DNA of 64,000 nucleotides, from positions 576,001 to 640,000 of the forward strand of contig CAWAMW010000016.1 in the NCBI GenBank assembly GCA_963783305.1, written 5' to 3'. This DNA comes from an uncultured Gemmatimonadales bacterium. GTDB lineage: Bacteria; Gemmatimonadota; Gemmatimonadetes; Longimicrobiales; RSA9. Made by a program: the position numbers and the translations under genes. Each line of letters opens with the position of its first letter. The first letter of the stretch is position 1. Below are positions 13,455 to 22,691 of this stretch, piece after piece. Under the pieces are notes generated by a model that did no database searches, had not been told where the DNA came from, and saw nothing but the letters and a program-made list of their open reading frames with translations.

Positions 13455-13635
13455 AGACAGCGCTCGCCCGGCAGGCCGCTCGCGGGTATGTTTGCTGCGT
13501 CCGGATCGCCGCCGTAGCCGAGGATGGGGTGGCACAAACCGGCAATTTGCGGCCCGCCCCGAGGGCAGTTCCGTCGCAACGGATCCCTGATGGAGCGCCG
13601 CGGGTGTTGCGGGGTAGCGGTAGACCGGCCACCGA

Positions 13636-13706
13636 TCCCCGGTCGTCTAATGGCAGGACGGAGGACTTTGAATCCTCTAATGGTGGTTCGAATCCACCCC
13701 GGGGAA
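13636..13706 (+). tRNA. tRNA-Gln(UUG), CCA not encoded
   Basis: Acceptor TCCCCGG/CCGGGGA, anticodon arm GAGGA-CTTTGAA-TCCTC, T arm GGTGG-TTCGAAT-CCACC; usual ispE-tRNA-Gln-prs position. Confidence 0.97.
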
Positions 13707-13724
13707 CTTCAACAGGGGGAATAC

Positions 13725-14414
13725 ATGACGCCGATTGGACCCATGAGCTTCAGACGCGGACCCGAGCACATCCGCCGCCAGGTCGAAGTGGCCGCGGCCG
13801 CGGCCTGGGAAGCCCTCGTGGAGTCCCACGCCAGTCACGCACTCCGCTTCGTCGCGCTGATGGCCGCCAGACTCGATTTCGACGAGGCACTCGACCGTTA
13901 CCTGGACGAGCTCGACGTTCGCGATCCCATGGCGGCCGCAGTTCGATCCCGCGTGCTGATCGCCCTCGAGCACGCGATGCGCGAGGCCGAGGACCGGCCG
14001 ACCCTGAGCGCATACGACAGGGAGGGCGACAGGCCGGCCGCCAGCGATGATCGCTCGCACGGGCTGCGCCGGTTCCGACCGGACGTCCTCATGAAGGGGA
14101 TCGCCCGGAAGGTGAAGGAGGGCGAGGAGATTGACGAGTGGATCCGGCTGGCGGTGGCGCGGGCGGAGGAAGGGGTCATCCGTGCCCACGTCGACAACGC
14201 GGTCGTGTTCGTGGCGGTGCTTCAGGGCCACGAGCCGCTGCACGAGGCCGTGGACGACTACCTGGAGATCATGCGGGTTTCCGGTGGCCGTGCACAATCG
14301 GTCCACCAGCGGACGATGGCCCGTCTGTCCGACATCCACCTCCCGCAGGACGAAGAGGAGTGGGATCAGGGCGCGGGCGCAGGCGCAGGCGGTGAGGGCG
14401 ATGGGGAGAAGTAA
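13725..14414 (+). CDS. Hypothetical protein with an internally duplicated ~62-aa helical domain
   Basis: SD-like AGGGGGA before ATG 13725; gapless internal repeat (see findings). Confidence 0.8.
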   Translation: MTPIGPMSFRRGPEHIRRQVEVAAAAAWEALVESHASHALRFVALMAARLDFDEALDRYLDELDVRDPMAAAVRSRVLIALEHAMREAEDRPTLSAYDREGDRPAASDDRSHGLRRFRPDVLMKGIARKVKEGEEIDEWIRLAVARAEEGVIRAHVDNAVVFVAVLQGHEPLHEAVDDYLEIMRVSGGRAQSVHQRTMARLSDIHLPQDEEEWDQGAGAGAGGEGDGEK

Positions 14415-14429
14415 TTCGTTGGTCCCCCG

Positions 14430-14458
14430 TTGACCACACAGCGCGACCCCAATACCTT
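14430..14458 (+). promoter_or_regulatory. Putative sigma70 promoter for prs-rplY-pth
   Basis: TTGACC-17 nt-TACCTT. Confidence 0.65.
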
Positions 14459-14499
14459 TCAAGGCTGTAGCGTTTCGGCCGCTGACCGCGAAGAGGCGA

Positions 14500-15450
14500 A
14501 TGGCGAACGAAGGATTTCACGGGCCGATGATGCTTCTCTCGGGAACGGCCAACCGGCCGCTCGCGGAGGAGATCGCGGTGGCGCTGGACATGTCGCTGTC
14601 GGACGCGACCGTTTCACGGTTCGCCGATGGCGAGATCTTCGTGCGGTTGAACGAGAACGCGCGGGGTCGCGATGTTTATATCGTGCAGCCCACGCCGCCG
14701 CCGGCGGAGAACGTGCTGGAGCTGCTGCTGCTGACGGACGCGGCGAAGCGGGCGTCGGCGGCGCGGGTCACGGCGGTGATGCCGTACTATGGCTACGCGC
14801 GGCAGGACCGAAAGGACCAGCCGCGGGTGGCGATCGGCGCGAAGCTGCTGGCGAACCTGATGGTGGCGGCCGGAGCGGAGCGGGTGCTGGGGATCGATTT
14901 CCACACGCACCAGCTGCAAGGGTTCTTCGATGTGCCGGTGGACCATCTGTACGCGGCCCCGGTGCTGACGCGGTACTTCGAGCAGAAGGCGCTGGGCGAT
15001 GTGGTGGTGGTGGCGCCGGATGTAGGCGCGGCGAAGATGGCGCGCGGGTTCGCTCGTCGGATCGATGCGTCGTTCGCGATCATCGACAAGCGCCGGCCGG
15101 CCCACAACGTGGCCGAGGTGCTGAACATTATTGGTGAGGTGGACGGGAAGCGCTGCATCGTGGTGGACGACATGATCGACACTGCGGGCACGATGACGAG
15201 CGTCATCGAGGCGTTGAAGGAGCGTGGCGCCGAGGAGATTTACGTGGCGGCCACGCATCCTCTATTGTCGGGTCCGGCAGTGGAACGACTGCAGGCGTCT
15301 CCGGCAACGGAGATCATAGTGACGAACACGCTGTACGTTCCGGAGGAGCGGCGGTTCGACAAATTGAAGGTGCTTTCGGTGGCCACGTTACTGGCTCGGG
15401 CGATCCGGTACACGCACTCGAATGAGTCGGTGAGCCAGCTGTTCGATTGA
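14500..15450 (+). CDS. prs: Ribose-phosphate pyrophosphokinase
   Basis: FADGEIFV, PYYGYARQDRK, VVAPDVGA, VDDMIDTAGT. Confidence 0.98.
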   Translation: MANEGFHGPMMLLSGTANRPLAEEIAVALDMSLSDATVSRFADGEIFVRLNENARGRDVYIVQPTPPPAENVLELLLLTDAAKRASAARVTAVMPYYGYARQDRKDQPRVAIGAKLLANLMVAAGAERVLGIDFHTHQLQGFFDVPVDHLYAAPVLTRYFEQKALGDVVVVAPDVGAAKMARGFARRIDASFAIIDKRRPAHNVAEVLNIIGEVDGKRCIVVDDMIDTAGTMTSVIEALKERGAEEIYVAATHPLLSGPAVERLQASPATEIIVTNTLYVPEERRFDKLKVLSVATLLARAIRYTHSNESVSQLFD

Positions 15451-15465
15451 GGAGAAGGAAGAATC

Positions 15466-16167
15466 ATGGCGGAAAATGCCACATTGAAGGCGTCAGTGCG
15501 GGAGGCTACCGGCAAGGGAGTCGCCCGACGCATGCGGCGAGAGGGTCGGATCCCGGCGGTCGTGTACGGCCGTGGTGAGGAGACGTTCCCGCTGTCGCTG
15601 GACGCCCACGACTTCGAGATGCTGGTAAAGAACCACGCGCTCGACACCACGCTGGTGGAGCTGCAGATCGAGGGCGCCGGTGGGAAGAAGGCGAGCAAGG
15701 TGCGGACGCTGGTGGTGGAGGTGCAGTCGCACCCGTACAAGCCGCTGGTCCTGCACGTCGATTTCCAGCAGATCCACGCGGGTGAGAAGGTGACGGTCGA
15801 GGTCCCCATCGACCTGGTCGGCACGGCGGCGGGTGTCCGCGAGGGCGGGGTGCTCCAGCACGTGATGCACGTGGTGGAGGTGGTCTGTGACGTGGACCAG
15901 ATCCCGGAGTCGTTCCAGGTGGACGTGAGCGTACTGGCCATCGGGGACGGGGTACACATCTCCGACCTGGATGTACCGGAGGGCGTGGAAGTCCTGGCGG
16001 ATCCGGAGCGGACGATCTGTACGGTGGCGGCCCCGACGATCCTGGAGCTTCCGGAGGAGGACGAGGAAGAGGCTCTGGAGCCGGAGCTGGTCGGCGAGGC
16101 GGGCGAGGAGCTGGAGGAGGGCGAGGAGCCTTCCGAGGGCGACGAGGCCGAGACCGAAGACGAGTAG
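15466..16167 (+). CDS. rplY: 50S ribosomal protein L25 / Ctc (long form)
   Basis: GKGVARRMRREGRIPAVVYG, LHVDF, GVREGGVL; acidic tail. Confidence 0.97.
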   Translation: MAENATLKASVREATGKGVARRMRREGRIPAVVYGRGEETFPLSLDAHDFEMLVKNHALDTTLVELQIEGAGGKKASKVRTLVVEVQSHPYKPLVLHVDFQQIHAGEKVTVEVPIDLVGTAAGVREGGVLQHVMHVVEVVCDVDQIPESFQVDVSVLAIGDGVHISDLDVPEGVEVLADPERTICTVAAPTILELPEEDEEEALEPELVGEAGEELEEGEEPSEGDEAETEDE

Positions 16168-16731
16168 GTGAAGGCTATCTGCGGGCTGGGGAATCCTGGC
16201 CCGGAGTACGACGCCACCCGCCACAATGTGGGGTGGTGGCTGGTCGATCGGCTCAGCAGCGAGTGGGGGTTGGGCCCGTTCCAGCGGAACGGGCCCGCTC
16301 TCACGGCTGGTGGTTCGGTGGGTGAGCACGAAGTGGTGCTGCTGAAGCCGCTGACCTTCATGAACAGGAGTGGTGCCGCCCTGGCGCCATTGAGCGAAGA
16401 CCCGTATTTCGACGTTGCGCGAGACCTGCTGCTGGTGGTAGATGACGTAGCCCTGGACGTGGGGCGCGTACGACTGCGACCCTCCGGCAGCACCGGCGGA
16501 CACAATGGACTGAAATCGGTAGAGCTCGCGCTGGGCACGTCGAACTACCCGCGGCTGCGCGTCGGTGTGGGAGAGCCGCCTGCGGGTGTGTCCCTCGTGG
16601 ACTGGGTGCTTTCCGAGTTCGGCCCGGAGGACGAGGCCGAGATCGTCGGACTCCTGTCGGAGCTGACGGATGCGGTCCGGGCGTGGATGGACGAGGGGAT
16701 CGAGGCGGCAATGAGTCGCTACAACCGATGA
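16168..16731 (+). CDS. pth: Peptidyl-tRNA hydrolase
   Basis: GLGNPGPEYDATRHNVG, KPLTFMNRSG, GGHNGLKS, RLRVGVG. Confidence 0.98.
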   Translation: MKAICGLGNPGPEYDATRHNVGWWLVDRLSSEWGLGPFQRNGPALTAGGSVGEHEVVLLKPLTFMNRSGAALAPLSEDPYFDVARDLLLVVDDVALDVGRVRLRPSGSTGGHNGLKSVELALGTSNYPRLRVGVGEPPAGVSLVDWVLSEFGPEDEAEIVGLLSELTDAVRAWMDEGIEAAMSRYNR

Positions 16732-16749
16732 ACCAACTGGAGGCATAGA

Positions 16750-18882
16750 GTGACCGAACTGGTAGCGTGGACACAGTGGGCACCATTGCTCGGAGTCCTT
16801 GGTCTTCTGGTCGCATTGGGACTCTACTTCTACGTACGGAGCCAGTCGTCGGGCACTGATCTGATGCGGGACCTGGCGGAGCAGATCCATGATGGCGCCA
16901 TGGCCTTCCTGCGTCGCGAGTACTCGGTGCTGGCGGCGTTCGTGGCGGTGGTGGCGCTTCTCCTCTGGTGGGCGATCGGCGGATACACGTCGCTGGCGTA
17001 TGTGTCGGGTGCGCTGAGCTCGGTCGCGGCCGGGTTCTTCGGGATGAAGGCGGCGACGCGGGCGAACGTGCGGACGTCGGCCGCGGCGTCGGAGTCGGGG
17101 CAGGGCAAGGCGTTGCGTGTGGCCTTTTTCGGTGGCTCCGTCATGGGTCTCTCGGTGGCGGCACTGGGTCTGGTCGGCATCGGTGCCTGGTACTTCATCT
17201 TCGGCGCGCAGTCGATCACCGGTGCCGACTTCCGCTACTTCGCGGAGGTGGTCAGCGGATACGCCATGGGCGCGAGCACGATTGCGCTGTTCGCCCGTGT
17301 GGGTGGCGGGATCTACACGAAGGCGGCGGACGTGGGCGCCGACCTGGTAGGGAAGGTCGAGGCTGGGATCCCGGAGGATGATCCGCGGAACCCGGCGACC
17401 ATCGCCGACAACGTCGGCGACAACGTGGGTGACGTGGCCGGCATGGGCGCGGACATCTTCGAGAGCTACGTGGGCAGCGTGATCGCGACCATCGCCATCG
17501 GCGCGACCAGCGCCATGTTCGCCGCGAACCGGGCGGAGGCGGTGGCGCTTCCGCTGCTGACCATCATGCTCGGCCTGGTCGCTTCCCTCGTCGGGATCGC
17601 GCTCATGAAGGCGTTCGAGCGCAGCAACCCGGCCAACGCGCTGCGGAACGTGACGCTGATCGCGGCGGCGCTCTTCCTCGGCATGGTCTGGTTCGCCGTG
17701 AGCGGCATGGGCTTTGAGCTGTTCGACGAGGCTACCGCTCGCGCGTACTCGCCCATGGGGCCGTTCTGGGCCATCCTGGCCGGCACCGTGGTGGGCGTGT
17801 TGATCGGCCTGGTTACGGAGTACTATACGGCCTCCAAGCCGATCCGCAGGATTGCGCAGGCGAGCGAGACCGGCCCGGCGACGAACATCATCAGCGGGCT
17901 CGCCGTGGGCATGGAGTCCACGGTGGTCCCGGTGCTGCTGATCGCCCTCGCGATCGGTGTTTCGTACTTCTTCGCCGGGCTTTACGGGATCGGGATCGCG
18001 GCGGTGGGCATGCTGGCGACGGTGGGTGTCACCATGTCGGTGGACGCCTACGGCCCGATCGCCGACAATGCCGGCGGCATCAGCGAGATGAGCGGCCTCG
18101 GCCCGAAGGTCCGGGCCATCACGGACAGCCTCGACTCCATCGGCAACACGACGGCCGCCATGGGGAAGGGCTTCGCCATCGGGTCCGCGGCGCTCACGGC
18201 GCTCGCGCTGTTCAGCGCTTACACTGCCGCCGTGGGGCTACAGGCGACCGGGCTGGACATCCTGAACCCCGAGGTCACCATCGGGCTGCTGATTGGCGGC
18301 ACGCTGCCGTTCTTCATCGCGGCCCTGACCATGACCGCCGTGGGCCGGGCGGCCGCCGGAATGGTGGAGGAAGTGCGGCGGCAGTTCCGTGAGATCCCGG
18401 GAATCATGGACGGGACGGGGAAGCCGGACAGTGCCAGGTGTGTGGATATCTCCACGCGTGCGGCGCTGCGGGAAATGATCCTGCCGGGATTCGTAGCTGT
18501 CCTGGCACCCGTAGTGGTCGGCTACTTCAGCATCCTCGCCCTGGGTGGCATGCTGGCGGGCGCAACGGTGACGGGCGTGCTCATGGCTCTCTTCATGGCG
18601 AACGCCGGTGGCGCGTGGGACAACGCGAAGAAGTACATCGAGGGCGGCGCCCACGGGGGCAAGGGCTCCGATCCTCACAAGGCGGCAGTGGTGGGCGACA
18701 CGGTGGGCGATCCGTTCAAGGACACGTCGGGCCCGTCGCTCAACATTCTGATCAAGCTCATGAGCGTGGTGTCCCTGGTGCTGGCGCCGTGGTTCGCCCG
18801 CATTCACGGCACGGTGGGCGATGTGGAAGCGGCGTCGCTCATGGACGGTGTGCGGCATATGCTGGGAGCCCTCTTCGGCTGA
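16750..18882 (+). CDS. hppA: Membrane-integral pyrophosphatase, K+-dependent, probably Na+-pumping
   Basis: [59 protein letters not shown]. Confidence 0.96.
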   Translation: MTELVAWTQWAPLLGVLGLLVALGLYFYVRSQSSGTDLMRDLAEQIHDGAMAFLRREYSVLAAFVAVVALLLWWAIGGYTSLAYVSGALSSVAAGFFGMKAATRANVRTSAAASESGQGKALRVAFFGGSVMGLSVAALGLVGIGAWYFIFGAQSITGADFRYFAEVVSGYAMGASTIALFARVGGGIYTKAADVGADLVGKVEAGIPEDDPRNPATIADNVGDNVGDVAGMGADIFESYVGSVIATIAIGATSAMFAANRAEAVALPLLTIMLGLVASLVGIALMKAFERSNPANALRNVTLIAAALFLGMVWFAVSGMGFELFDEATARAYSPMGPFWAILAGTVVGVLIGLVTEYYTASKPIRRIAQASETGPATNIISGLAVGMESTVVPVLLIALAIGVSYFFAGLYGIGIAAVGMLATVGVTMSVDAYGPIADNAGGISEMSGLGPKVRAITDSLDSIGNTTAAMGKGFAIGSAALTALALFSAYTAAVGLQATGLDILNPEVTIGLLIGGTLPFFIAALTMTAVGRAAAGMVEEVRRQFREIPGIMDGTGKPDSARCVDISTRAALREMILPGFVAVLAPVVVGYFSILALGGMLAGATVTGVLMALFMANAGGAWDNAKKYIEGGAHGGKGSDPHKAAVVGDTVGDPFKDTSGPSLNILIKLMSVVSLVLAPWFARIHGTVGDVEAASLMDGVRHMLGALFG

Positions 18883-18902
18883 GGCCGGTCGGCTCTCGGG
18901 CT

Positions 18903-18976
18903 GCGGGGATCGGGCTCCGAGAGGGGCCCGATCCTGCACGTTGATGGCCCCGCTACGTGTGGGGCCGTTTTCGTTT
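18903..18976 (+). terminator. Tandem hairpins; second is an intrinsic terminator
   Basis: GGATCGGGCTCC-GAGA-GGGGCCCGATCC, then ATGGCCCCGC-TACGT-GTGGGGCCGT followed by TTTCGTTT. Confidence 0.7.
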
Positions 18977-19026
18977 GGACCGCGGTGGGCAGGGGTCTGG
19001 CGATCAACGATAGACGAAGGAGCGGT

Positions 19027-20220
19027 GTGGAAGACCTGACGTTCGAGGCGGCCATCGAATTCGCGGCGGATCTGATCCGGATCCCCAGTCCTCCGGGTGA
19101 GGAAGAGGAGGTCGCGCGGCGCGTGCTGCGGGAGCTGGGGCGCCTTGGCTTCGATGACGCCCGCATCGACGAGGTCGGCAACGTCATCGGCCTGATCCGC
19201 GGAAGGGGAGAAGCGCCCCCCGTGATGCTGAGCTCGCATCTCGACGTCGTGGACCCCGGGGATGTGGGTTCGTGGCAGCACCCGCCGTACGGCGGCGTGA
19301 CAGCGGACGGATTCCTTCACGGGCGGGGCGCGATGGACATCAAGGGGCCGCTGGCCCTGCAGACGTACGCCGCCGCCCATTTCGTGCGCGATCGCCCGGC
19401 GGGCGATGTGATCGTCGCCCACACCGTACTCGAGGAGCGGGGCGGCTGGGGCATGGCGCACCTGATGGCGTCGGGCGACGTGGGTCCCGGGGCGGTGATC
19501 ATCGGGGAGGCGACGGGCGGTGACATCTGCATCGGTCACCGCGGCCGTGCCGAGCTCGAGATCGAGGTTCGGGGGCTCGCCGGCCACGCCAGCGCACCCG
19601 ACCGCGCCCACAACGCGCTGGACGCGGTCGGCGCCATTCTGGGCGCACTCCAGCGCCTGCCGGATGCGCTGCTAGGGGAGGAGAACCCGGTGCTGGGTCG
19701 CTCCTCGCTCGTTGCGACGGACGTCCGTGCGACACCGGCCAGTCGCAACGTCGTCCCCGATCGTGCCGTGATCGTTGTGGACTGGCGCGTGCTCCCGGGA
19801 GCCACGGCGGCCGCAGCCCTGGCGCTGGTGCGCGGCTACCTGGCCGAGAACGTGGAGCTGCCCGCAGGGCTGGGGTACGCGGTGCGTTTCACCGCCGAGG
19901 AGCAGAGCACGTGGACCGGGCTGCGCGAGGTGAGGGAGATGTTCGGACCCGGGTTCCTGCTCGACCCGGAGCACGACGTCACGCGCGCGGCGGCCCGAGC
20001 GGTCGAAGTGGCCACGGGCGTTCCGCCGACGGTCCGGCCATGGCGGTTCGCCACCGACGGGCGCTACACCTGCGGCGAGCGCGGCATTCCCACGATCGGG
20101 TACGCTCCGGGGGAAGAGAGCCACGCGCACACGAATACAGAGCGGCTGGAGCTCGAGCCGGCGCGGAAGGTGTATTCGGCGTACCCCGCGCTGATCGGTG
20201 CGCTCTTCGAGGTGCTCTAG
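19027..20220 (+). CDS. M20/M25/M40 family metallohydrolase (ArgE/DapE/YgeY-like)
   Basis: SHLDVV, GRGAMDIKG, EERGG, IIGEAT, GHASAP, AHTNTE. Confidence 0.9.
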   Translation: MEDLTFEAAIEFAADLIRIPSPPGEEEEVARRVLRELGRLGFDDARIDEVGNVIGLIRGRGEAPPVMLSSHLDVVDPGDVGSWQHPPYGGVTADGFLHGRGAMDIKGPLALQTYAAAHFVRDRPAGDVIVAHTVLEERGGWGMAHLMASGDVGPGAVIIGEATGGDICIGHRGRAELEIEVRGLAGHASAPDRAHNALDAVGAILGALQRLPDALLGEENPVLGRSSLVATDVRATPASRNVVPDRAVIVVDWRVLPGATAAAALALVRGYLAENVELPAGLGYAVRFTAEEQSTWTGLREVREMFGPGFLLDPEHDVTRAAARAVEVATGVPPTVRPWRFATDGRYTCGERGIPTIGYAPGEESHAHTNTERLELEPARKVYSAYPALIGALFEVL

Positions 20221-20223
20221 GCG

Positions 20224-20736
20224 TCAGCCCTGGCGGATCCGCTGTGTCAGCGCGGGGACGGACCCCGTCAGCCGGGCGTACAGCGTCATCTGCCCGCGGT
20301 GGTACTCCTCGTGGGCGATGTGGTGGTTGAACCAGGTGAGGCGCGACGCCGGCTCGCCGTTGAACTGCCGGATGGGGCGAAGGATCCCGCCCTCCCCGAG
20401 CTCCCGCATGCGGCGGATGCCCTCGTCCAGGCTGGTCCGGAGGAGCGAGAGCCACTCGTCGCGATCGGCATCGGTGGACAGCGACCCTGCGTGCTCCCGG
20501 ACGTGGTCCTGGAAGCTCTGGCGGGTGAAATCCCCGTCGGGGCGAGTGAGCTCTCCCACGGCCATGAGCGACGACTCGAGGATGTGCCGAACGAGCTCCG
20601 ACACATCCCGGTTCTCGGGGGTGGGGCGGAAGCTCCAGTGCTCGGCCGGAATGTTCTCAGCCTCGGCCGTGAACCCTTCGCGCGCGTAGCGCCATGCATC
20701 GAGGAGCTCGGACAGGAGCGGTGGCTGGTCGGGCAT
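20224..20736 (-). CDS. DinB family protein
   Basis: WSFRPTPENRDVSELVRHI and HHIAHEEYHRGQ His triad; GGAGG SD before ATG 20736. Confidence 0.88.
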   Translation of the reverse strand: MPDQPPLLSELLDAWRYAREGFTAEAENIPAEHWSFRPTPENRDVSELVRHILESSLMAVGELTRPDGDFTRQSFQDHVREHAGSLSTDADRDEWLSLLRTSLDEGIRRMRELGEGGILRPIRQFNGEPASRLTWFNHHIAHEEYHRGQMTLYARLTGSVPALTQRIRQG

Positions 20737-20838
20737 GGTGCGGCCTCCGTGCACAAATGAGCGAGAAGCGGGTAATGTAGCGCCCGGCGGACGGCCGGTC
20801 GAAAGCACTGATCTCAAAGCAAGCGAATTCCTGGATAC

Positions 20839-21951
20839 ATGGCGAATCTGAAGCTTGGCATCGTGGGACTGCCCAACGTGGGCAAATCGACGCTCTTCAA
20901 CGCGCTCACCGAAGCGGGTGCCGACGCGGCGAACTACCCGTTCTGCACGGTGGACCCGAACGTCGGCGTGGTGGAGCTGCCGGATCCGCGGCTGGACCTG
21001 CTGGAGCAGAAGGTCCAGTCCAAGTCGAAGGTCCCCACCACCACCACGTTCGTCGATATCGCGGGGCTCGTGGAGGGCGCGTCCGAGGGCGAGGGGCTCG
21101 GGAACAAGTTCCTGGCGAACATCCGGGAGGTGCACGCCATCGTCCACGTCGTCCGGTGCTTCGTGAATGACGACGTCACGCACGTCCTGGGCGAGGTGGA
21201 CCCCGTCCGCGACCGCGAGATCATCAACACGGAGCTCGCCCTGTCCGACCTGCAGGGGCTGGAAAAGCGGCTGGAGAAGGTGGAGAAGATCGCCCGGAGC
21301 GGCGACCGGGAGGCGAAGAAGGAGGAGGCGCTGCTGCGTCGCCTGATCGACGTGCTGTCGGAGGGCAAGCCGGCGCGGCTGGTGAAGCCGGAGAACGCGG
21401 ATGAGGACCGGCTGCTGAGGGGCTATCATCTGCTCACCGCCAAGCCGGAGCTGTACGTGGCGAATATCAGCGAGGACGACGTGCTGAGGGGTGGAGACAA
21501 CGACCACGTGCGGGCTCTTCGCACCGCAATCGAGGCCGACCACGAGCCCGCGGAGGTCGTCGCCCTCGCCGCCGGGATGGAGGCCGAGATCCTGGCTCTC
21601 GACCCGGCCGACCGCCAGGAGTACCTCGAAGCCCACGGCCTCGATGAGCCGGGGCTCTACCGGCTGATCCACGCGGGCTACCGCCTGCTCGGGCTCATCA
21701 GCTTCTTCACCGCCGGACCGAACGAGGTTCGGGCCTGGACGATCCGGAGGGGGACCCGGGCGGCCCAGGCCGCCGGTGAGATCCACTCCGATTTCGAGCG
21801 TGGCTTCATCCGCGCCGAGACCATCGGCTGGGAGGATTTTGTGGAGGTGGGCTCGGAGAAGGCCGCCCGGGAGCAGGGGCTCATGCGGAGCGAGGGTCGG
21901 GAATACACCGTGGCGGATGGGGATATCATCCTGTTCCGCTTCAACGTTTGA
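20839..21951 (+). CDS. ychF: Redox-regulated ATPase YchF
   Basis: GIVGLPNVGKSTLFNALT, ANYPFCTVDPN, DIAGLV..GEGLGNKFL, HSDFERGFIRAE, TGS domain. Confidence 0.98.
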   Translation: MANLKLGIVGLPNVGKSTLFNALTEAGADAANYPFCTVDPNVGVVELPDPRLDLLEQKVQSKSKVPTTTTFVDIAGLVEGASEGEGLGNKFLANIREVHAIVHVVRCFVNDDVTHVLGEVDPVRDREIINTELALSDLQGLEKRLEKVEKIARSGDREAKKEEALLRRLIDVLSEGKPARLVKPENADEDRLLRGYHLLTAKPELYVANISEDDVLRGGDNDHVRALRTAIEADHEPAEVVALAAGMEAEILALDPADRQEYLEAHGLDEPGLYRLIHAGYRLLGLISFFTAGPNEVRAWTIRRGTRAAQAAGEIHSDFERGFIRAETIGWEDFVEVGSEKAAREQGLMRSEGREYTVADGDIILFRFNV

Positions 21952-22000
21952 ACGGCGTTGTAACTCCTGGACCTCGCCAGTCGCTCCTGTCCACGGGGGG

Positions 22001-22029
22001 TGGACGGGGGGCGCACGATTGCATACCTT
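22001..22029 (+). promoter_or_regulatory. Putative sigma70 promoter for rpsF operon
   Basis: TGGACG-17 nt-TACCTT. Confidence 0.55.
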
Positions 22030-22043
22030 TGAAGGCTCTTTGA

Positions 22044-22090
22044 TCCCGCTCCGCCCGAGAGGCGGGGCCTCAAGCCCACGGGAGAGATTC
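22044..22090 (+). promoter_or_regulatory. Candidate rpsF leader (S6:S18 autoregulatory RNA)
   Basis: TCCCG can pair with the SD-containing CGGGA; inner hairpin CTCCGCC-CGAGA-GGCGGGG followed by unpaired CC, the layout described for the S6:S18 leader. Confidence 0.4.
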
Positions 22091-22465
22091 GTGAGAGAGT
22101 ACGAGATCGTTTACATCTTCGACTCGGTCCTGACCGAGGACCAGGTCAATGAGAAGCTGGAGAAGTATCACCAGCACATCACCAAGAGCGGCGGCGAGAT
22201 CACGGCTGTCGATCAGTGGGGCAAGCGTCAGCTCGCCTATCCCATCAACAAGAAGACGACGGGCTATTACGTGGTGGTCCAGTTCACGGGCGACGCGGAG
22301 TCGCTGCCGGACCTGGAGCGCACGCTCAAGCTCGACGACGACTTGGCCCGGTACCTCATCGTGCTGAGCGAAGGGGAGCCGACGGGCCCCGTGTCCATCG
22401 CTACGCGCGAGCCGCGCGATGACGATGACGACGATGACGATGATGACCTCGAGGAGGAGGATTAA
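22091..22465 (+). CDS. rpsF: 30S ribosomal protein S6
   Basis: REYEIVYIF, WGKRQLAYPINK, GYYVV; GTG start; Asp-rich tail. Confidence 0.97.
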   Translation: MREYEIVYIFDSVLTEDQVNEKLEKYHQHITKSGGEITAVDQWGKRQLAYPINKKTTGYYVVVQFTGDAESLPDLERTLKLDDDLARYLIVLSEGEPTGPVSIATREPRDDDDDDDDDDLEEED

Positions 22466-22690
22466 ATGGCCCGCGGACGCCAGAAGCCGTGCCCGCTCTG
22501 CGAGTCGGGGATCCGGCAGATCAATTACAAGGATGAGAACTCCCTGACGCGGCTGATGACCGACTCGGGGAAGATCATGCCGCGACGGATGACGGGAATG
22601 TGCGCCCGCCACCAGCGGCAGGTGGGGACGGCCATCAAGCGAGCCCGCTACCTCGCGCTGGTACCGTACACGTACGTCTACGAGAGCTGA
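22466..22690 (+). CDS. rpsR: 30S ribosomal protein S18 (Zn-binding C+ form)
   Basis: CPLC, INYKD, GKIMPRRMTGMCARHQR, AIKRARYLAL. Confidence 0.98.
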   Translation: MARGRQKPCPLCESGIRQINYKDENSLTRLMTDSGKIMPRRMTGMCARHQRQVGTAIKRARYLALVPYTYVYES

Positions 22691-22691
22691 G

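Noticed and set aside
13530..13550. TGGCAC..GGCA as a sigma54 promoter for the tRNA
   Set aside because: GG-to-GC spacing is 9 nt, not the required 10
13680..13725. tRNA-Gln as an island integration site
   Set aside because: No duplicated tRNA 3' end or integrase noticed; downstream genes are core
22008..22024. GG-N10-GC with TTGCA upstream of rpsF as a sigma54 site
   Set aside because: Poor -24 context; a sigma70-type TGGACG/TACCTT explains the region better
22418..22462. GAC/GAT run as a phase-variable repeat
   Set aside because: Mixed synonymous codons encoding the acidic S6 tail, not a pure SSR
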